DNA of 64,000 bases, taken from positions 2,973 through 66,972 of the forward strand of contig JAGQWJ010000003.1 of assembly GCA_020437395.1 (NCBI GenBank), written 5' to 3'. Source of the stretch: Ignavibacteriota bacterium. GTDB lineage: Bacteria > Bacteroidota > Ignavibacteria > Kapaibacteriales > UBA2268. A program made the position numbers and the translations under genes. The notes under the pieces were generated by a model. The model saw only the letters and a program-made list of their open reading frames with translations. It was not told the DNA's origin and searched no databases. Below, in pieces: positions 1 to 10,249 of the stretch (within the stretch, counting starts at the first letter, position 1; every line of letters starts with the position of its first letter).

Positions 1-1
1 G

Positions 2-2743
2 ATAGGCGCTACTGTACAAATCAAAGACACCAAACTAGGTGCTATGACTAAAGTAGATGGTAGCTATACTATCAAAAAGATAACCCCTGGTATCTATACA
101 GTTACTTTCTCTTATATTGGTTATGCTAAAACAGAAGTAAAAGACGTTGTAATCAAAGCTGATGAGACAACTAAAGTTGAGATAGCATTGAAAACTGAAT
201 CAAGTATGAGTGATGAAGTATTGGTAACAGCTAAAGCAGTACAAGAAACTGGTGCTGCTCTTCTTAAAGAAAGACAAAAATCTCAATCATTTTCAGATGC
301 AATTGGTTCTAAAGAAATATCTCGAGGTGGTGCTGGTGATGCAGCAGCCGCAATGAATAATGTAACTGGTGCTTCCGTTGTAGGCGGTAAACACGTATTT
401 ATACGTGGTTTGGGTGATAGATACTCTAACACTCAACTTAATGGGACATCTTTACCAAGTGCTGACCCTGATAAAAAATCAGTTCACTTAGATTTATTCC
501 CTTCTGGAATGATAGAAAACATAGTAACTATCAAAACGGCAACACCAGACAAACCAGGTGATTTTACTGGTGGTTCAGTTGATATAAAAACAAAGTCTTA
601 CCCTGATAAATTCAATGCAAGTCTTTCTATGTCTTCTACAGCTAATACAATCGTTACTGGACAAGACGTACTAACTTACAATGGATCATCTACAGATTGG
701 TTAGGTTTTGACGACGGTTCGAGAAGTGTACCTGATGCAGTAAAGAATGCAGATGCAATCCCAACTCTACAAGACATAAGAAGCAAGAAAAAAGATACAG
801 ATGGTGCTGGTGTTGCTAAGCTAGATGACCTATCTAAGCAATTCAGTTCGGAAATGGCACCTCACCAAACTACAGCACCAATCAATGGAAGTATGTCATT
901 TAATATGGGTGACCAATTCCAATTATTCGGTAATTCACTTGGATACTTAGCTAGCTTAAGTTATGGCAATAATATAAATAATTATAATAATGGTCAGTTT
1001 GCTATATATGAGTTAACTTCAGGTGAAGCCAATGAACTTAGATCTAATAAATTGATAAATGACTCTAAGAGTACTTCTGAAGTAAACTGGGGTGCACTGG
1101 CTAATGTGGCTTACGATTTCACGGCTACAGATAGAGTGAAATTCAATTTATTTTATAATCAATCTGGTGAGTCAGTAGCGCAAAGTATTTCATATTTCGA
1201 TGAAACTTATCCTGAAACAGATTTAGTTCGCTCTAGCACATTGAAATATACTGAAAGAAATATACAATCATACCAATTATCTGGTGAGCACAGCTTTGCA
1301 AGTATTTCTAATGCAAAAATTGACTGGAATTTATCAACTGCAAACACGTTACAAAACGAACCAGACTTAAGATTCTTCACTTACGAAACTGATCAAATAA
1401 ACGGTACTGATACTACTTGGAGAGTGGATGAGAATCACTATGATTTACCTACACGATATTTCAGAGATTTGACTGAAACAGCAAATAATGCAAAATTTGA
1501 TTTTGAGATTCCATTAACAGAAGCATTGGGAACAGCTTTCAAATTTAAAACTGGATTCGCATATCAAAACACATCAAGATCATTTAATCAAGATAGATAT
1601 GTTTTAGAAATAGATGACAATAGAACGCCTATGACATTTGATGGTAATGTAAATCAATTTGTTGCTGATAGTACAGGGTATAAGGAGTGGGCTTCTACAG
1701 GTAATTTTAACTATTTCGGTATTTATCTGCAAGACCGTTTTGTACCTAAGGATGCTTACACAGGCGCACAAGATATAACTGCTTTCTATGGAATGGTTGA
1801 TGTAGAGTTAGTAGAAGGATTCAGATTAATTGGTGGAGCTAGGTTAGAAACTACTGATATGTCAATCACTAGTCGTGATACTACACTACCAATAGCATCA
1901 ATTAACGAAGCTGACTTATTACCATCGATGAACGCCGTTTATAGCTTATCTGAAAATCAAAATTTAAGATTCGCTTATGGAAAAACTCTTGCAAGACCAA
2001 CATTCAGAGAATTAGCTGATTTCGATTTCTTCGAGTTTGTTGGTGGATTTACTTTTATAGGTAATCCAAACTTAGAAAGATCGATTATTGACAATTTCGA
2101 TGTTAGATGGGAATGGTTTATGAATCCGGGTGAGATTGTTTCTGTTAGTGGTTTCTATAAGGATTTCACTAACCCAATCGAAAGAGTGATAGTAAATGCA
2201 AACGGAAATGTGCAAATGAAAAACGTAGCTTCGGCACAACTATTCGGGATGGAATTCGAAGCAAGAAAGAACTTAGGTTTCATACCTGAATTAGAAAACT
2301 TTCAGTTAGGTGTTAACTTAACTTTAGTGCAATCACAAGTAGATATTTCGGATCAAGAATATCAATTAATACAATCTTATGACCCGAATGCTTCTCGTAC
2401 AAGACAACTACAAGGTCAATCACCTTATGTTCTAAATGTTGATTTGGCTTATGTAGATTATGAATCAGGAACAGATGTTGGATTGCACTATAACGTATTT
2501 GGTGAGAGATTGTCAGATGTAAGTTTAGGTGGAACTCCCGATGTTTTCGAACAACCAAGAAATATGCTGAACTTTACTTTCAGCCAAAGATTAATTGAAA
2601 ACTTGAACTTAAAGTTCTCAGCTAGAAATATATTAGACGCCCGTATGGAAAGACTTTATCGTTTCAAAGGTCAAGAGTACTACAATACTCAATATGACTT
2701 AGGAACTAATTTCTCATTGGGCTTCTCTTATAATTTTGACTAA
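2..2743 (+). CDS. TonB-dependent outer-membrane receptor (5' end lies outside the window)
   Basis: Frame is open from nt 2. N-terminal IGATVQIKDTKLGAMTKVDGSYTI resembles a carboxypeptidase-regulatory-like domain. A plug-like segment (FIRGLGDRYSNTQLNG) follows, then a long beta-barrel ending ...SLGFSYNFD. Confidence 0.85.
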   Translation: MGATVQIKDTKLGAMTKVDGSYTIKKITPGIYTVTFSYIGYAKTEVKDVVIKADETTKVEIALKTESSMSDEVLVTAKAVQETGAALLKERQKSQSFSDAIGSKEISRGGAGDAAAAMNNVTGASVVGGKHVFIRGLGDRYSNTQLNGTSLPSADPDKKSVHLDLFPSGMIENIVTIKTATPDKPGDFTGGSVDIKTKSYPDKFNASLSMSSTANTIVTGQDVLTYNGSSTDWLGFDDGSRSVPDAVKNADAIPTLQDIRSKKKDTDGAGVAKLDDLSKQFSSEMAPHQTTAPINGSMSFNMGDQFQLFGNSLGYLASLSYGNNINNYNNGQFAIYELTSGEANELRSNKLINDSKSTSEVNWGALANVAYDFTATDRVKFNLFYNQSGESVAQSISYFDETYPETDLVRSSTLKYTERNIQSYQLSGEHSFASISNAKIDWNLSTANTLQNEPDLRFFTYETDQINGTDTTWRVDENHYDLPTRYFRDLTETANNAKFDFEIPLTEALGTAFKFKTGFAYQNTSRSFNQDRYVLEIDDNRTPMTFDGNVNQFVADSTGYKEWASTGNFNYFGIYLQDRFVPKDAYTGAQDITAFYGMVDVELVEGFRLIGGARLETTDMSITSRDTTLPIASINEADLLPSMNAVYSLSENQNLRFAYGKTLARPTFRELADFDFFEFVGGFTFIGNPNLERSIIDNFDVRWEWFMNPGEIVSVSGFYKDFTNPIERVIVNANGNVQMKNVASAQLFGMEFEARKNLGFIPELENFQLGVNLTLVQSQVDISDQEYQLIQSYDPNASRTRQLQGQSPYVLNVDLAYVDYESGTDVGLHYNVFGERLSDVSLGGTPDVFEQPRNMLNFTFSQRLIENLNLKFSARNILDARMERLYRFKGQEYYNTQYDLGTNFSLGFSYNFD

Positions 2744-2781
2744 TTATTTTTTATTATAATACTTTATTAGGAGTTAATAGG

Positions 2782-4476
2782 ATGCAAAAATTACTACAAA
2801 TAATCATAGCAATGATGATAGTAGGATATACATCACAAGCTGAAACTATCACAGTAACTGATAGTTGGATAAATGCTGGTGAGACTAAGACAATGACGGC
2901 AGATAACATCTACGTTCTAGATAGATTCGTCTTCGTTGAAGAAGGCGCGGAACTATGGATAGAACCAGGGACAGTAATACAAGGAAAACCAGGACAAGAA
3001 TCAAACGCATCAGCTCTAATCATCGCACGTGGTGGTAAAATATACGCAGAAGGAACTCCAGATAAACCAATCATCTTCACTTTCGAAGGAGATGATCCTT
3101 ATGATGATACTGACTTCCCAATGGAAGAAACAGGTCTTTGGGGTGGACTTATAATATTAGGAAATGCTCCTACTAATAACCCAGAGACTGTAAGAAATAT
3201 AGAAGGTATCCCAGAAAATAACCAATTAGGTAAATACGGTGGCAATGACCCAATGGATAATTCAGGTGTTGTACGTTACGTATCTATTCGCCACGGTGGT
3301 TCAGATATTGGTGAGGGTAACGAAATCAACGGTCTTACTATGGGTGCTGTTGGTGCTGGAACTACTATCGAGTATGTAGAAGTACTTTACAACAAAGATG
3401 ACGGTTTCGAATGGTTCGGTGGTAATGTTAATACTAGATACCTAGTATCAGCATTCAACGGCGATGATGCATTCGATTATGATGAAGGATTCAATGGTAA
3501 AGGACAATTTTGGTTAGCTTTACAAGCTTCAAACATTGGTAATCAAGGTGGAGAGCACGATGGTGGTAATAAGCCAGATGATTCTCAACCTTATGCTAGA
3601 CCTGTAATTTCAAACGTTACATATATTGGGTCTGGTGCTAACTCTGGTAACAATAAATCAGCTGGTCTAATACTTAGAGACAACGCTGGCGGTAAATACT
3701 ATAATTCTATTTTCACTGGTTTCACTACTTGGGGATTGAACATTGAGGATTTGGAAAATGGTGAAGATTCTGGAAATAGATTAACTACTGGCGACTTAAT
3801 GCTTAAGAACAATATCTGGTGGGATATAAATGGTAAAACCAATCCAAGTCTAACTGACATAGCTCCGGATGTTCCTGATACAGAATCAGGTGGTAAAGTG
3901 ATCAAAGGTTACTCTTTGCAACCTGCTCGTGATTATTTAGCAGATGCTAGCAATAACAACTGGATTACAGACCCAGGTTTAAACAAAATTGACAGAGGAC
4001 AAAATGGATTGTTCAATCCTACTCCTACTCCTAGTTCGGCAGCAGCAACTAGTAAGACTCTAAAACTAAATGACAGTTTTATCCAAGATGTCGATTATAT
4101 TGGTGCGTTCGGACTAGGTGATTACTGGTTAGCTAAATGGACCGCACTTTACTACTTTGGTGTTACTACTATGGATATATCGACTTCAATTTCTAACGCT
4201 AATAATAATAATTTCGATAATAATAGCTCAATCATAATATACCCTAATCCAGTTGAAAAGCAAACAACTTTAGAGTTTGAGTTAACTCAATCAACTAATG
4301 TAACAATGGATGTATATGATGCTACTGGTAACAAATTAGAAGGTTTAGTATCTAAGTATATGACTCAAGGAAATTGGGGATTAACTTGGACTCCTAATAA
4401 TTTAGTTTCAGGTGCATACTTCATACAAATGACAACTGACTACGGAACATTTACTCAGAAAGTAATAGTAAAATAA
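2782..4476 (+). CDS. Secreted protein with T9SS C-terminal sorting domain (function unknown, possibly beta-helix-like)
   Basis: N-terminal signal peptide. C-terminal IIIYPNPVEKQTTLEFEL...GAYFIQMTTDYGTFTQKVIVK matches the Por_Secre_tail pattern. Lies 39 nt downstream of the TonB-dependent receptor. Confidence 0.7.
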   Translation: MQKLLQIIIAMMIVGYTSQAETITVTDSWINAGETKTMTADNIYVLDRFVFVEEGAELWIEPGTVIQGKPGQESNASALIIARGGKIYAEGTPDKPIIFTFEGDDPYDDTDFPMEETGLWGGLIILGNAPTNNPETVRNIEGIPENNQLGKYGGNDPMDNSGVVRYVSIRHGGSDIGEGNEINGLTMGAVGAGTTIEYVEVLYNKDDGFEWFGGNVNTRYLVSAFNGDDAFDYDEGFNGKGQFWLALQASNIGNQGGEHDGGNKPDDSQPYARPVISNVTYIGSGANSGNNKSAGLILRDNAGGKYYNSIFTGFTTWGLNIEDLENGEDSGNRLTTGDLMLKNNIWWDINGKTNPSLTDIAPDVPDTESGGKVIKGYSLQPARDYLADASNNNWITDPGLNKIDRGQNGLFNPTPTPSSAAATSKTLKLNDSFIQDVDYIGAFGLGDYWLAKWTALYYFGVTTMDISTSISNANNNNFDNNSSIIIYPNPVEKQTTLEFELTQSTNVTMDVYDATGNKLEGLVSKYMTQGNWGLTWTPNNLVSGAYFIQMTTDYGTFTQKVIVK

Positions 4477-4490
4477 AATTGTAAGATTAT

Positions 4491-4529
4491 AAAAGTAAGT
4501 CGTACTATATATTATGGTACGACTTTTTT
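4491..4529. terminator. Bidirectional intrinsic terminator between convergent genes
   Basis: Stem AAGTCGTAC (4497-4505) pairs with GTACGACTT (4517-4525). An A-run lies on the left and a T-run on the right. Confidence 0.7.
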
Positions 4530-4537
4530 ATAATACC

Positions 4538-5653
4538 CTACGACGCTTTGGCCATTCTCTCGTCATATTTGCCAGTGCCCAATTGATTTAGCAGTGAAAA
4601 GTGACTTCTTATCGCTCCAAATAGTGTTCTATGCTCGTAATAAGGGACGCCATATTCTTCTGCTGTTGCTTTAATTACTTTCGAAATTTCTTTATAATGA
4701 ACATGGCATATATTGGGGAACAGATGATGTTCAACTTGGTAATTCAATCCACCAACATACCACGAAAGTAATTTACTTTTCTTTGCGAAATTAGCAGTTG
4801 TTTGTAATTGATGTATTGCCCAATTATTTTCTATTGTTAAATTCTCATCTGGCTGTACAAATTCTGTTTCTTCTATTACATGTGCCAATTGGAATATAAA
4901 AGAAAGCATAATCCCGGAAAGAAAATGCATAGATCCGAATCCAATAAGTATCTGCCACCAAGGTAAATCAACAACTATCATAGGTAATACTAACGTTAGC
5001 GCCAGATACCATAACTTATTGATTATTATTTCAGTAGTAGCTTTTTTTAATGTCAACTTTTGACCAGCTAATAGATTTTCTTTATTGTACTTGTAAACTT
5101 GTAGAAAATCTTTAAGCAAAAGCCAGTTAAACGTTAGTAATCCATAAAGGAAAGGGGCATAATATGCTTGAAATCGGAATGCTTTTTTTCTATCTTGAGC
5201 AGGGGATAGACGCATTAAGTTGCTCTCTATATCATCATCGTGACCATCTACATTTGTGAATGAATGGTGCAACACATTATGCTGAATCTTCCAATTAACA
5301 TGGTAGGCTCCTAGAAAATTAACTAGATAACCGAGCGCTTTATTAACTTTTGGGTTTTGCGAATATGCTCCGTGATTAGCATCATGCATGACAGATAAAC
5401 CTATCCCAGACATACCAAAACTCATTAAAAGCCACATTAAAAATACAGGTAAAAAACCAGAGACAATACCCGTCAACATAAGAATAAAGGGTACAAAATA
5501 TAATGAAATCATTACTATCGTTTTGATCTTCATTTCGGTATTAGCGTATTTAGTAATACCATTTTCTTTAAAATATGAATTTACCCTCATTCTCAATTCT
5601 TTCACGAATTCAGGTCTATTTCTTGTATTAAATTTAACTACGTTTATGCTCAT
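4538..5653 (-). CDS. Membrane fatty-acid desaturase family protein
   Basis: Three histidine boxes (HDANH, HNVLHH, QVEHHLFP) plus several hydrophobic helices. Confidence 0.85.
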   Translation of the reverse strand: MSINVVKFNTRNRPEFVKELRMRVNSYFKENGITKYANTEMKIKTIVMISLYFVPFILMLTGIVSGFLPVFLMWLLMSFGMSGIGLSVMHDANHGAYSQNPKVNKALGYLVNFLGAYHVNWKIQHNVLHHSFTNVDGHDDDIESNLMRLSPAQDRKKAFRFQAYYAPFLYGLLTFNWLLLKDFLQVYKYNKENLLAGQKLTLKKATTEIIINKLWYLALTLVLPMIVVDLPWWQILIGFGSMHFLSGIMLSFIFQLAHVIEETEFVQPDENLTIENNWAIHQLQTTANFAKKSKLLSWYVGGLNYQVEHHLFPNICHVHYKEISKVIKATAEEYGVPYYEHRTLFGAIRSHFSLLNQLGTGKYDERMAKAS

Positions 5654-5813
5654 ATATAATAATCTTAATGTAAATACAAAACAGCTATTATCAGTACTTG
5701 AATAGCATTTCTTATACAGCTACAAAATTAACTCTTTTAATTTTACTTTGCAATATCTAGCCCGAATACAATCGAACTGTATCTTTAGTGTTGTTATTTC
5801 AGATAAAAAGATA

Positions 5814-6212
5814 TTAAAGTACGTCTAATTTAATCTTTTTCTTTGACTTTTCATACTTCTCTGCTTGCAATTTTAGTGCTTCTGCGTCATTAGTGATGTC
5901 ATTTTTTACTAATATCTCTCGGAAATAATCCCAAGTATAGATACCTGTATCGTGGCCACTCTTCCACATAACCGCCAATGCGTAGTTGCCAATTGGCTTC
6001 ATATCCTTTACTTCGAAAGCACCGGGCTCTTCTTTTACTTCTATTGGGTGGGAGTAAACTTTATTGCCAACTTTCTCACCTTTGCAATAAGCACATGGGC
6101 ATTCTCGCCTAAGCATCTCTAACGAGATTATTGCTTTTTTACCATCGACCCATTCAGCTTGTAGCAAATATGGTTCGGGTTTATTGATTTTTATAGGATT
6201 GATTCTACTCAT
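5814..6212 (-). CDS. DUF971 (gamma-butyrobetaine hydroxylase-like N-terminal) domain protein
   Basis: LQAEWVDGKKAIISLEMLRRECPCAYCKGE ... VMWKSGHDTGIYTWDYFREI matches the DUF971 pattern. Confidence 0.7.
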   Translation of the reverse strand: MSRINPIKINKPEPYLLQAEWVDGKKAIISLEMLRRECPCAYCKGEKVGNKVYSHPIEVKEEPGAFEVKDMKPIGNYALAVMWKSGHDTGIYTWDYFREILVKNDITNDAEALKLQAEKYEKSKKKIKLDVL

Positions 6213-6385
6213 TATAATATATTTAACTCAATACTTTTTGTTTTTTGCAATCTAACGAATATAAAAATAGTCTATTTTGTTCGAATTAACTAAATCATGA
6301 CATTTAGCAATAATGTATTTTTTTCTTTTCCCAACATTCCTTAGTTTTTAAGCTTGTTGAATTACTTATTTTAATAAAGGAAAAT

Positions 6386-8371
6386 ATGAAAATACGTCTT
6401 ATAATCTCAGCACTTGCTATGATTTTGTTTGTATCTTGTGCCAAAAAAGAAGAAACAAAAGAAGAAGAAACTAGTGAGTATGTTGTCGAATACGAAGGTA
6501 GAAAGGTAGATTTGCAACCTTTTTTCGAAGGGTTTCCCTACTCCAATTTTCAGGCATATTATAAAACTGGAAAGATTTTCTATTACAAAGCTGGCGATAT
6601 AACATCTTTAAATTATACAGATTTAAATAACCCTGATTTTGAGAATGGTACTCAAGTAACGGATATTGATTATTCACTTAGAAATGTATGGTCTAATAAA
6701 TATAACCCTAATGACAATTCTATTTATTGGATGGGTGATGAAGTTAATGACGAAAAAATTGATTTGTTCCGTTTAAATCTGGAAACGAATAAAGTAGAGA
6801 AATTAACAGATGTACCATATATTTTTGGATGGAATTTCAACAAAGATAAGAACCAGATCGCCTATATAGTAAGATTAGGTGAGCTAGAAGATAGAGAAGG
6901 TGAATTGCGAATAATGTCATTGGAAAACGGGACTAGCTCAACAATTATAAAAGATAGTCCGGAATACAGATTCACTTGGGCTAACCCATCAGTATCTCCG
7001 AACAACAATTATATAATAGCATCAGTTCTAAAAAATACGGATAGAACTAAGGCAAATCTGATGTTGATAGATGTTGATAAAGGAAAAGGGAATATAATAA
7101 CTGATACTAAAAAAGGTAGATTTTTTCCTGATATACTTTCAACTTGGATAGATAATGGGAGTAAAGTACTTTACACTTCGGATGAGGATGGTTATAAGAA
7201 TGTATATAGCTATGATATATACAAAGGCAAAACTATGCAGGTTACTAAGTTTACTGAGGATGTAGCAAATGCGGAGATAGCAACTATTGAAGGCAAAGAT
7301 TATCTAGTTGTAAATACTTCTAACCCAATCGAAAGTACATTATACTTAGTTGACCCAATTAGTGGAGATATAGTAACGAATAAAAAATATCCGTTTACAA
7401 TGGAGTTCAAAGACATAGAAGAAGGTAAGCTATTAGCTCAGTTGAACGGTGCTACAACTATGTTCAGAATAGAAGAAATCACTTTATCGCCAACTGGTTT
7501 CACAGAATCTACAAAGGCGGATTTACCGAAAGAGCTAAAAGACAAGATAATAAATGCTGATGTAGAAAAAGTAGAATTCCCTACGTTTGATATAGACCCT
7601 GCGACTGGTAAGCAGAGAATGATACACGCATTCTTGTACAAGCCAAAAGATTCACTACCGAAAGACAAACAAAGAGTACTGATTCAATCATTCTACGGAG
7701 GTAGTAATACATATAACGTACGTGAACAAATACTAACGAATGCTGGAATGTACGTACTTAGTCCATCTCCTCGTGGTAGTAGTGGGTTCGGTAAGGATTT
7801 CTTCGCACTGAATGATAAAGATTTGGGTGGAAACGAGATATTAGATATAATCTTTGCTGCCAAATATATTTCTGAAAAACTTGATATTCCCGCAGAACGA
7901 GTTGGTGTTCATGGTGGTAGCCACGGAGGTTATGCAGTTATGCGTCTATTAACTTTCCCTGGAGAAGTTAACGGACATAAAGACGACTTTAGTTTCGGCT
8001 TTGGTATAGCGCACGCAGGATTCTCTGATATAATCCACTTCTATGAGCATTGTAACATACCAGATTGGGTAACTCTAGAAGCCGGTGACCCAGCTACGGA
8101 AAAAGAAAAATTGAACAGCCGTTCACCTCTTTACAATGCTTATGACATGGAAGGGAGATTGCTCCTTACACACGGTATAAACGATAGCAGAGTCCCAATA
8201 GAGGGTAGCCGATTTATGGCAGACAGTTTACGTAAATATAAGAAAGACGTAACACTCCAAGAATACGAGGGAATGGGTCACCACATAAAAGGACTCGAAA
8301 ACAGCGTCCGACAATACAAAACGTGGTTCGATTTCATCCAAGATGATGGAAATACAGAAGAAAAGAAATAA
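6386..8371 (+). CDS. S9 family serine peptidase (prolyl oligopeptidase/dipeptidyl peptidase type), lipoprotein
   Basis: Lipoprotein-type signal (ILFVSC). Propeller-like N-terminal half. C-terminal alpha/beta hydrolase with nucleophile elbow GGSHGGY and later D/H (GINDSRVP, GMGHH). Confidence 0.85.
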   Translation: MKIRLIISALAMILFVSCAKKEETKEEETSEYVVEYEGRKVDLQPFFEGFPYSNFQAYYKTGKIFYYKAGDITSLNYTDLNNPDFENGTQVTDIDYSLRNVWSNKYNPNDNSIYWMGDEVNDEKIDLFRLNLETNKVEKLTDVPYIFGWNFNKDKNQIAYIVRLGELEDREGELRIMSLENGTSSTIIKDSPEYRFTWANPSVSPNNNYIIASVLKNTDRTKANLMLIDVDKGKGNIITDTKKGRFFPDILSTWIDNGSKVLYTSDEDGYKNVYSYDIYKGKTMQVTKFTEDVANAEIATIEGKDYLVVNTSNPIESTLYLVDPISGDIVTNKKYPFTMEFKDIEEGKLLAQLNGATTMFRIEEITLSPTGFTESTKADLPKELKDKIINADVEKVEFPTFDIDPATGKQRMIHAFLYKPKDSLPKDKQRVLIQSFYGGSNTYNVREQILTNAGMYVLSPSPRGSSGFGKDFFALNDKDLGGNEILDIIFAAKYISEKLDIPAERVGVHGGSHGGYAVMRLLTFPGEVNGHKDDFSFGFGIAHAGFSDIIHFYEHCNIPDWVTLEAGDPATEKEKLNSRSPLYNAYDMEGRLLLTHGINDSRVPIEGSRFMADSLRKYKKDVTLQEYEGMGHHIKGLENSVRQYKTWFDFIQDDGNTEEKK

Positions 8372-8390
8372 GAAAGTTTAGTTTAGAAAA

Positions 8391-8415
8391 GGAGCCGAGT
8401 GGCTCCTTTTTTTTT
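8391..8415 (+). terminator. Intrinsic terminator after the S9 peptidase gene
   Basis: GGAGCC-gagt-GGCTCC hairpin followed by a T9 run. Confidence 0.8.
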
Positions 8416-8499
8416 ACTATTATATAAGGATTTGATATATTTGGTTAAATAAAACCCGACTTCCACATAATATGGACAGCCGATGGGAAAATAGACACT

Positions 8500-10248
8500 A
8501 TGATAAAATGGGTGTATGTACCTGATAAAACTAATCATTCTATCATGTTAGAATATAAAATAATAACTTCATATTACTATGATGGTATGGGGAACAAAGT
8601 TATGACTATAGCAGAAGTTGACCCCGATAGTGTAGGTGCTGTTGGCTACAGATGTAACAACGATACTGAAATGTACTCGCTATATGCAAGCTGTACCGAA
8701 TGCGTAGATGCGCTAGGATTAAAAGCAACTTATTACGGTAGGGAAGCTGGTGGAAAAACCCTAGCACTATATGATACTGATCCAGGTATGACAGACGCTT
8801 ATAGTTATCCTTTGTCTTGTACGTTCAACTACAAATATATATGGCTCGACGATTGGTATGTATATGGTTCGGAAGCAGATGGGCGTATAGCAACAGTTGA
8901 TCCCAAAGAAGTTATAGCTGTGAATGGTTCGAGAATGACAGGCTCAGAGTTCCCACATCCATTGAATGAATATAATTCTTCACCTCCACCAAGCACTCTT
9001 TTACCAGCTGCAATGAAAAAGACAAATATTAGCGGAGTAACGGGAACTTACCAAACGCAACAAAGAACCCCTGATTTCCGTAGATATGAGATAAAAGACC
9101 ACCTAGGAAATGTAAGAACAGTGATAGCGGACTATAAAAATCCAGAGAATACTGCGCCACCAATTACAGCTTGGAGGTATCTAGCCGATGTGAAAAACAT
9201 AAGCAATATGTACCCTTACGGTAAGTCGTACGGCACTAATGCTGTATACAACGCCGCTGAGGATTACCGCTACGGCTTCAATGGGATGGAGAAGGAGAAG
9301 AATATGGATGCTAGTGGAGATATTACCGACTTCGGTGCGAGGGTGTTTGATGCGAATTTTCCTGTGTTTGGTAGTCCTGATCCACAGAGCTATAATTTCC
9401 CATACATTTCTGTTTATGCCTTTGGGAATAATAATCCGATAGCTTCTATAGATCCAGATGGTGAAGCTACATTGTTTATAAATGGTTGGTTTACAAGTGG
9501 TGATGTAGGATTATTTGGGGAAGGATCAGGTGGTAAAAAAGAATACTGGGGAAGCTTTGCTGATGATTTTATAAGTAGAACAGGTGATAAAAATGCATTC
9601 TATATAGACGGTTCATTAGGTGGAACAGGAAACACAGTATCCCATGCTCTTGATGGTGGCTCACAATATGCAACAGTAGGAAACTATTTAGGTCCTTATG
9701 TAAAATATGCTGCAGCCGCAATTATTATTTTGGATGAATCAAACGTAAATTCAGAGGTTAGAAGGGATGCAGGGTATGAATGGGCATTGGCGAATGGTGA
9801 AGATATTATTAATAGTTTGAGGACTGATGCAGATGGAAATATTATTGAAAGTATTAATGTAGTTGGTCATTCTATGGGAGTTGGTTTTGGTAGAGGAGTT
9901 ATAGCTGGATTAATTATGGTTGCTAATAGAATGCATAAAAAATTAATTTTTGAAACATTACTAGACATTGAAACATTTCAAGCAAACAAATTTAATGTAC
10001 CACAAAAAAGTGGAAAGATATCAATGGAAAATATTTTTGAGAATAATTTCTCAAAAGTTGCTGGTGATAATGGCTCTTGGGTTCCTTCTGTTGGACACAC
10101 TCATGGTTCAAGTCCTGCTGGACTCTATCCCGATGCAAGTCACGGAATAGACGATTTTGATGCTTTTGGAATAAAAGCCACTAAATATACTGCTGGTAAT
10201 GAACAAAAGAAGAGTGAATACGGAAATAACAATGTTAAGGGGAAATAA
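8500..10248 (+). CDS. Orphan, 5'-truncated Rhs-family module: RHS-associated core end plus C-terminal alpha/beta-hydrolase (lipase-like) toxin domain
   Basis: YD-type motifs (YYYDGMGNKV, WYVYGSEADGRIA). Core-end motif DYRYGFNGMEKE...DFGARVFD...SPDP...NNNPIASIDPDGE. CT domain after about nt 9463 carries GHSMG at 9865-9879. The frame is open back to the stop at 8446-8448 with Rhs-like sequence (PDFHIIWTADGKIDT) but no long repeat region and no credible start. Confidence 0.75.
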   Translation: MIKWVYVPDKTNHSIMLEYKIITSYYYDGMGNKVMTIAEVDPDSVGAVGYRCNNDTEMYSLYASCTECVDALGLKATYYGREAGGKTLALYDTDPGMTDAYSYPLSCTFNYKYIWLDDWYVYGSEADGRIATVDPKEVIAVNGSRMTGSEFPHPLNEYNSSPPPSTLLPAAMKKTNISGVTGTYQTQQRTPDFRRYEIKDHLGNVRTVIADYKNPENTAPPITAWRYLADVKNISNMYPYGKSYGTNAVYNAAEDYRYGFNGMEKEKNMDASGDITDFGARVFDANFPVFGSPDPQSYNFPYISVYAFGNNNPIASIDPDGEATLFINGWFTSGDVGLFGEGSGGKKEYWGSFADDFISRTGDKNAFYIDGSLGGTGNTVSHALDGGSQYATVGNYLGPYVKYAAAAIIILDESNVNSEVRRDAGYEWALANGEDIINSLRTDADGNIIESINVVGHSMGVGFGRGVIAGLIMVANRMHKKLIFETLLDIETFQANKFNVPQKSGKISMENIFENNFSKVAGDNGSWVPSVGHTHGSSPAGLYPDASHGIDDFDAFGIKATKYTAGNEQKKSEYGNNNVKGK

Positions 10249-10249
10249 A

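Noticed and set aside
2313-2558. Antisense ORFs inside long, well-supported genes (for example 2313-2558, 5388-5705, 23299-23721, 26950-27312, 27861-28142, 36330-36683, 51858-52403)
   Set aside because: They lie entirely within and opposite to genes with clear family motifs. Their composition is low-complexity, Ser/Leu/Ile-rich, as expected for reverse-frame translation of AT-rich coding DNA.
10199-10249. Upstream start (10199) for the immunity-candidate gene
   Set aside because: It would overlap the toxin gene by 50 nt and add a non-signal N-terminus. The ATG at 10250 gives a canonical lipoprotein signal peptide directly after the toxin stop.
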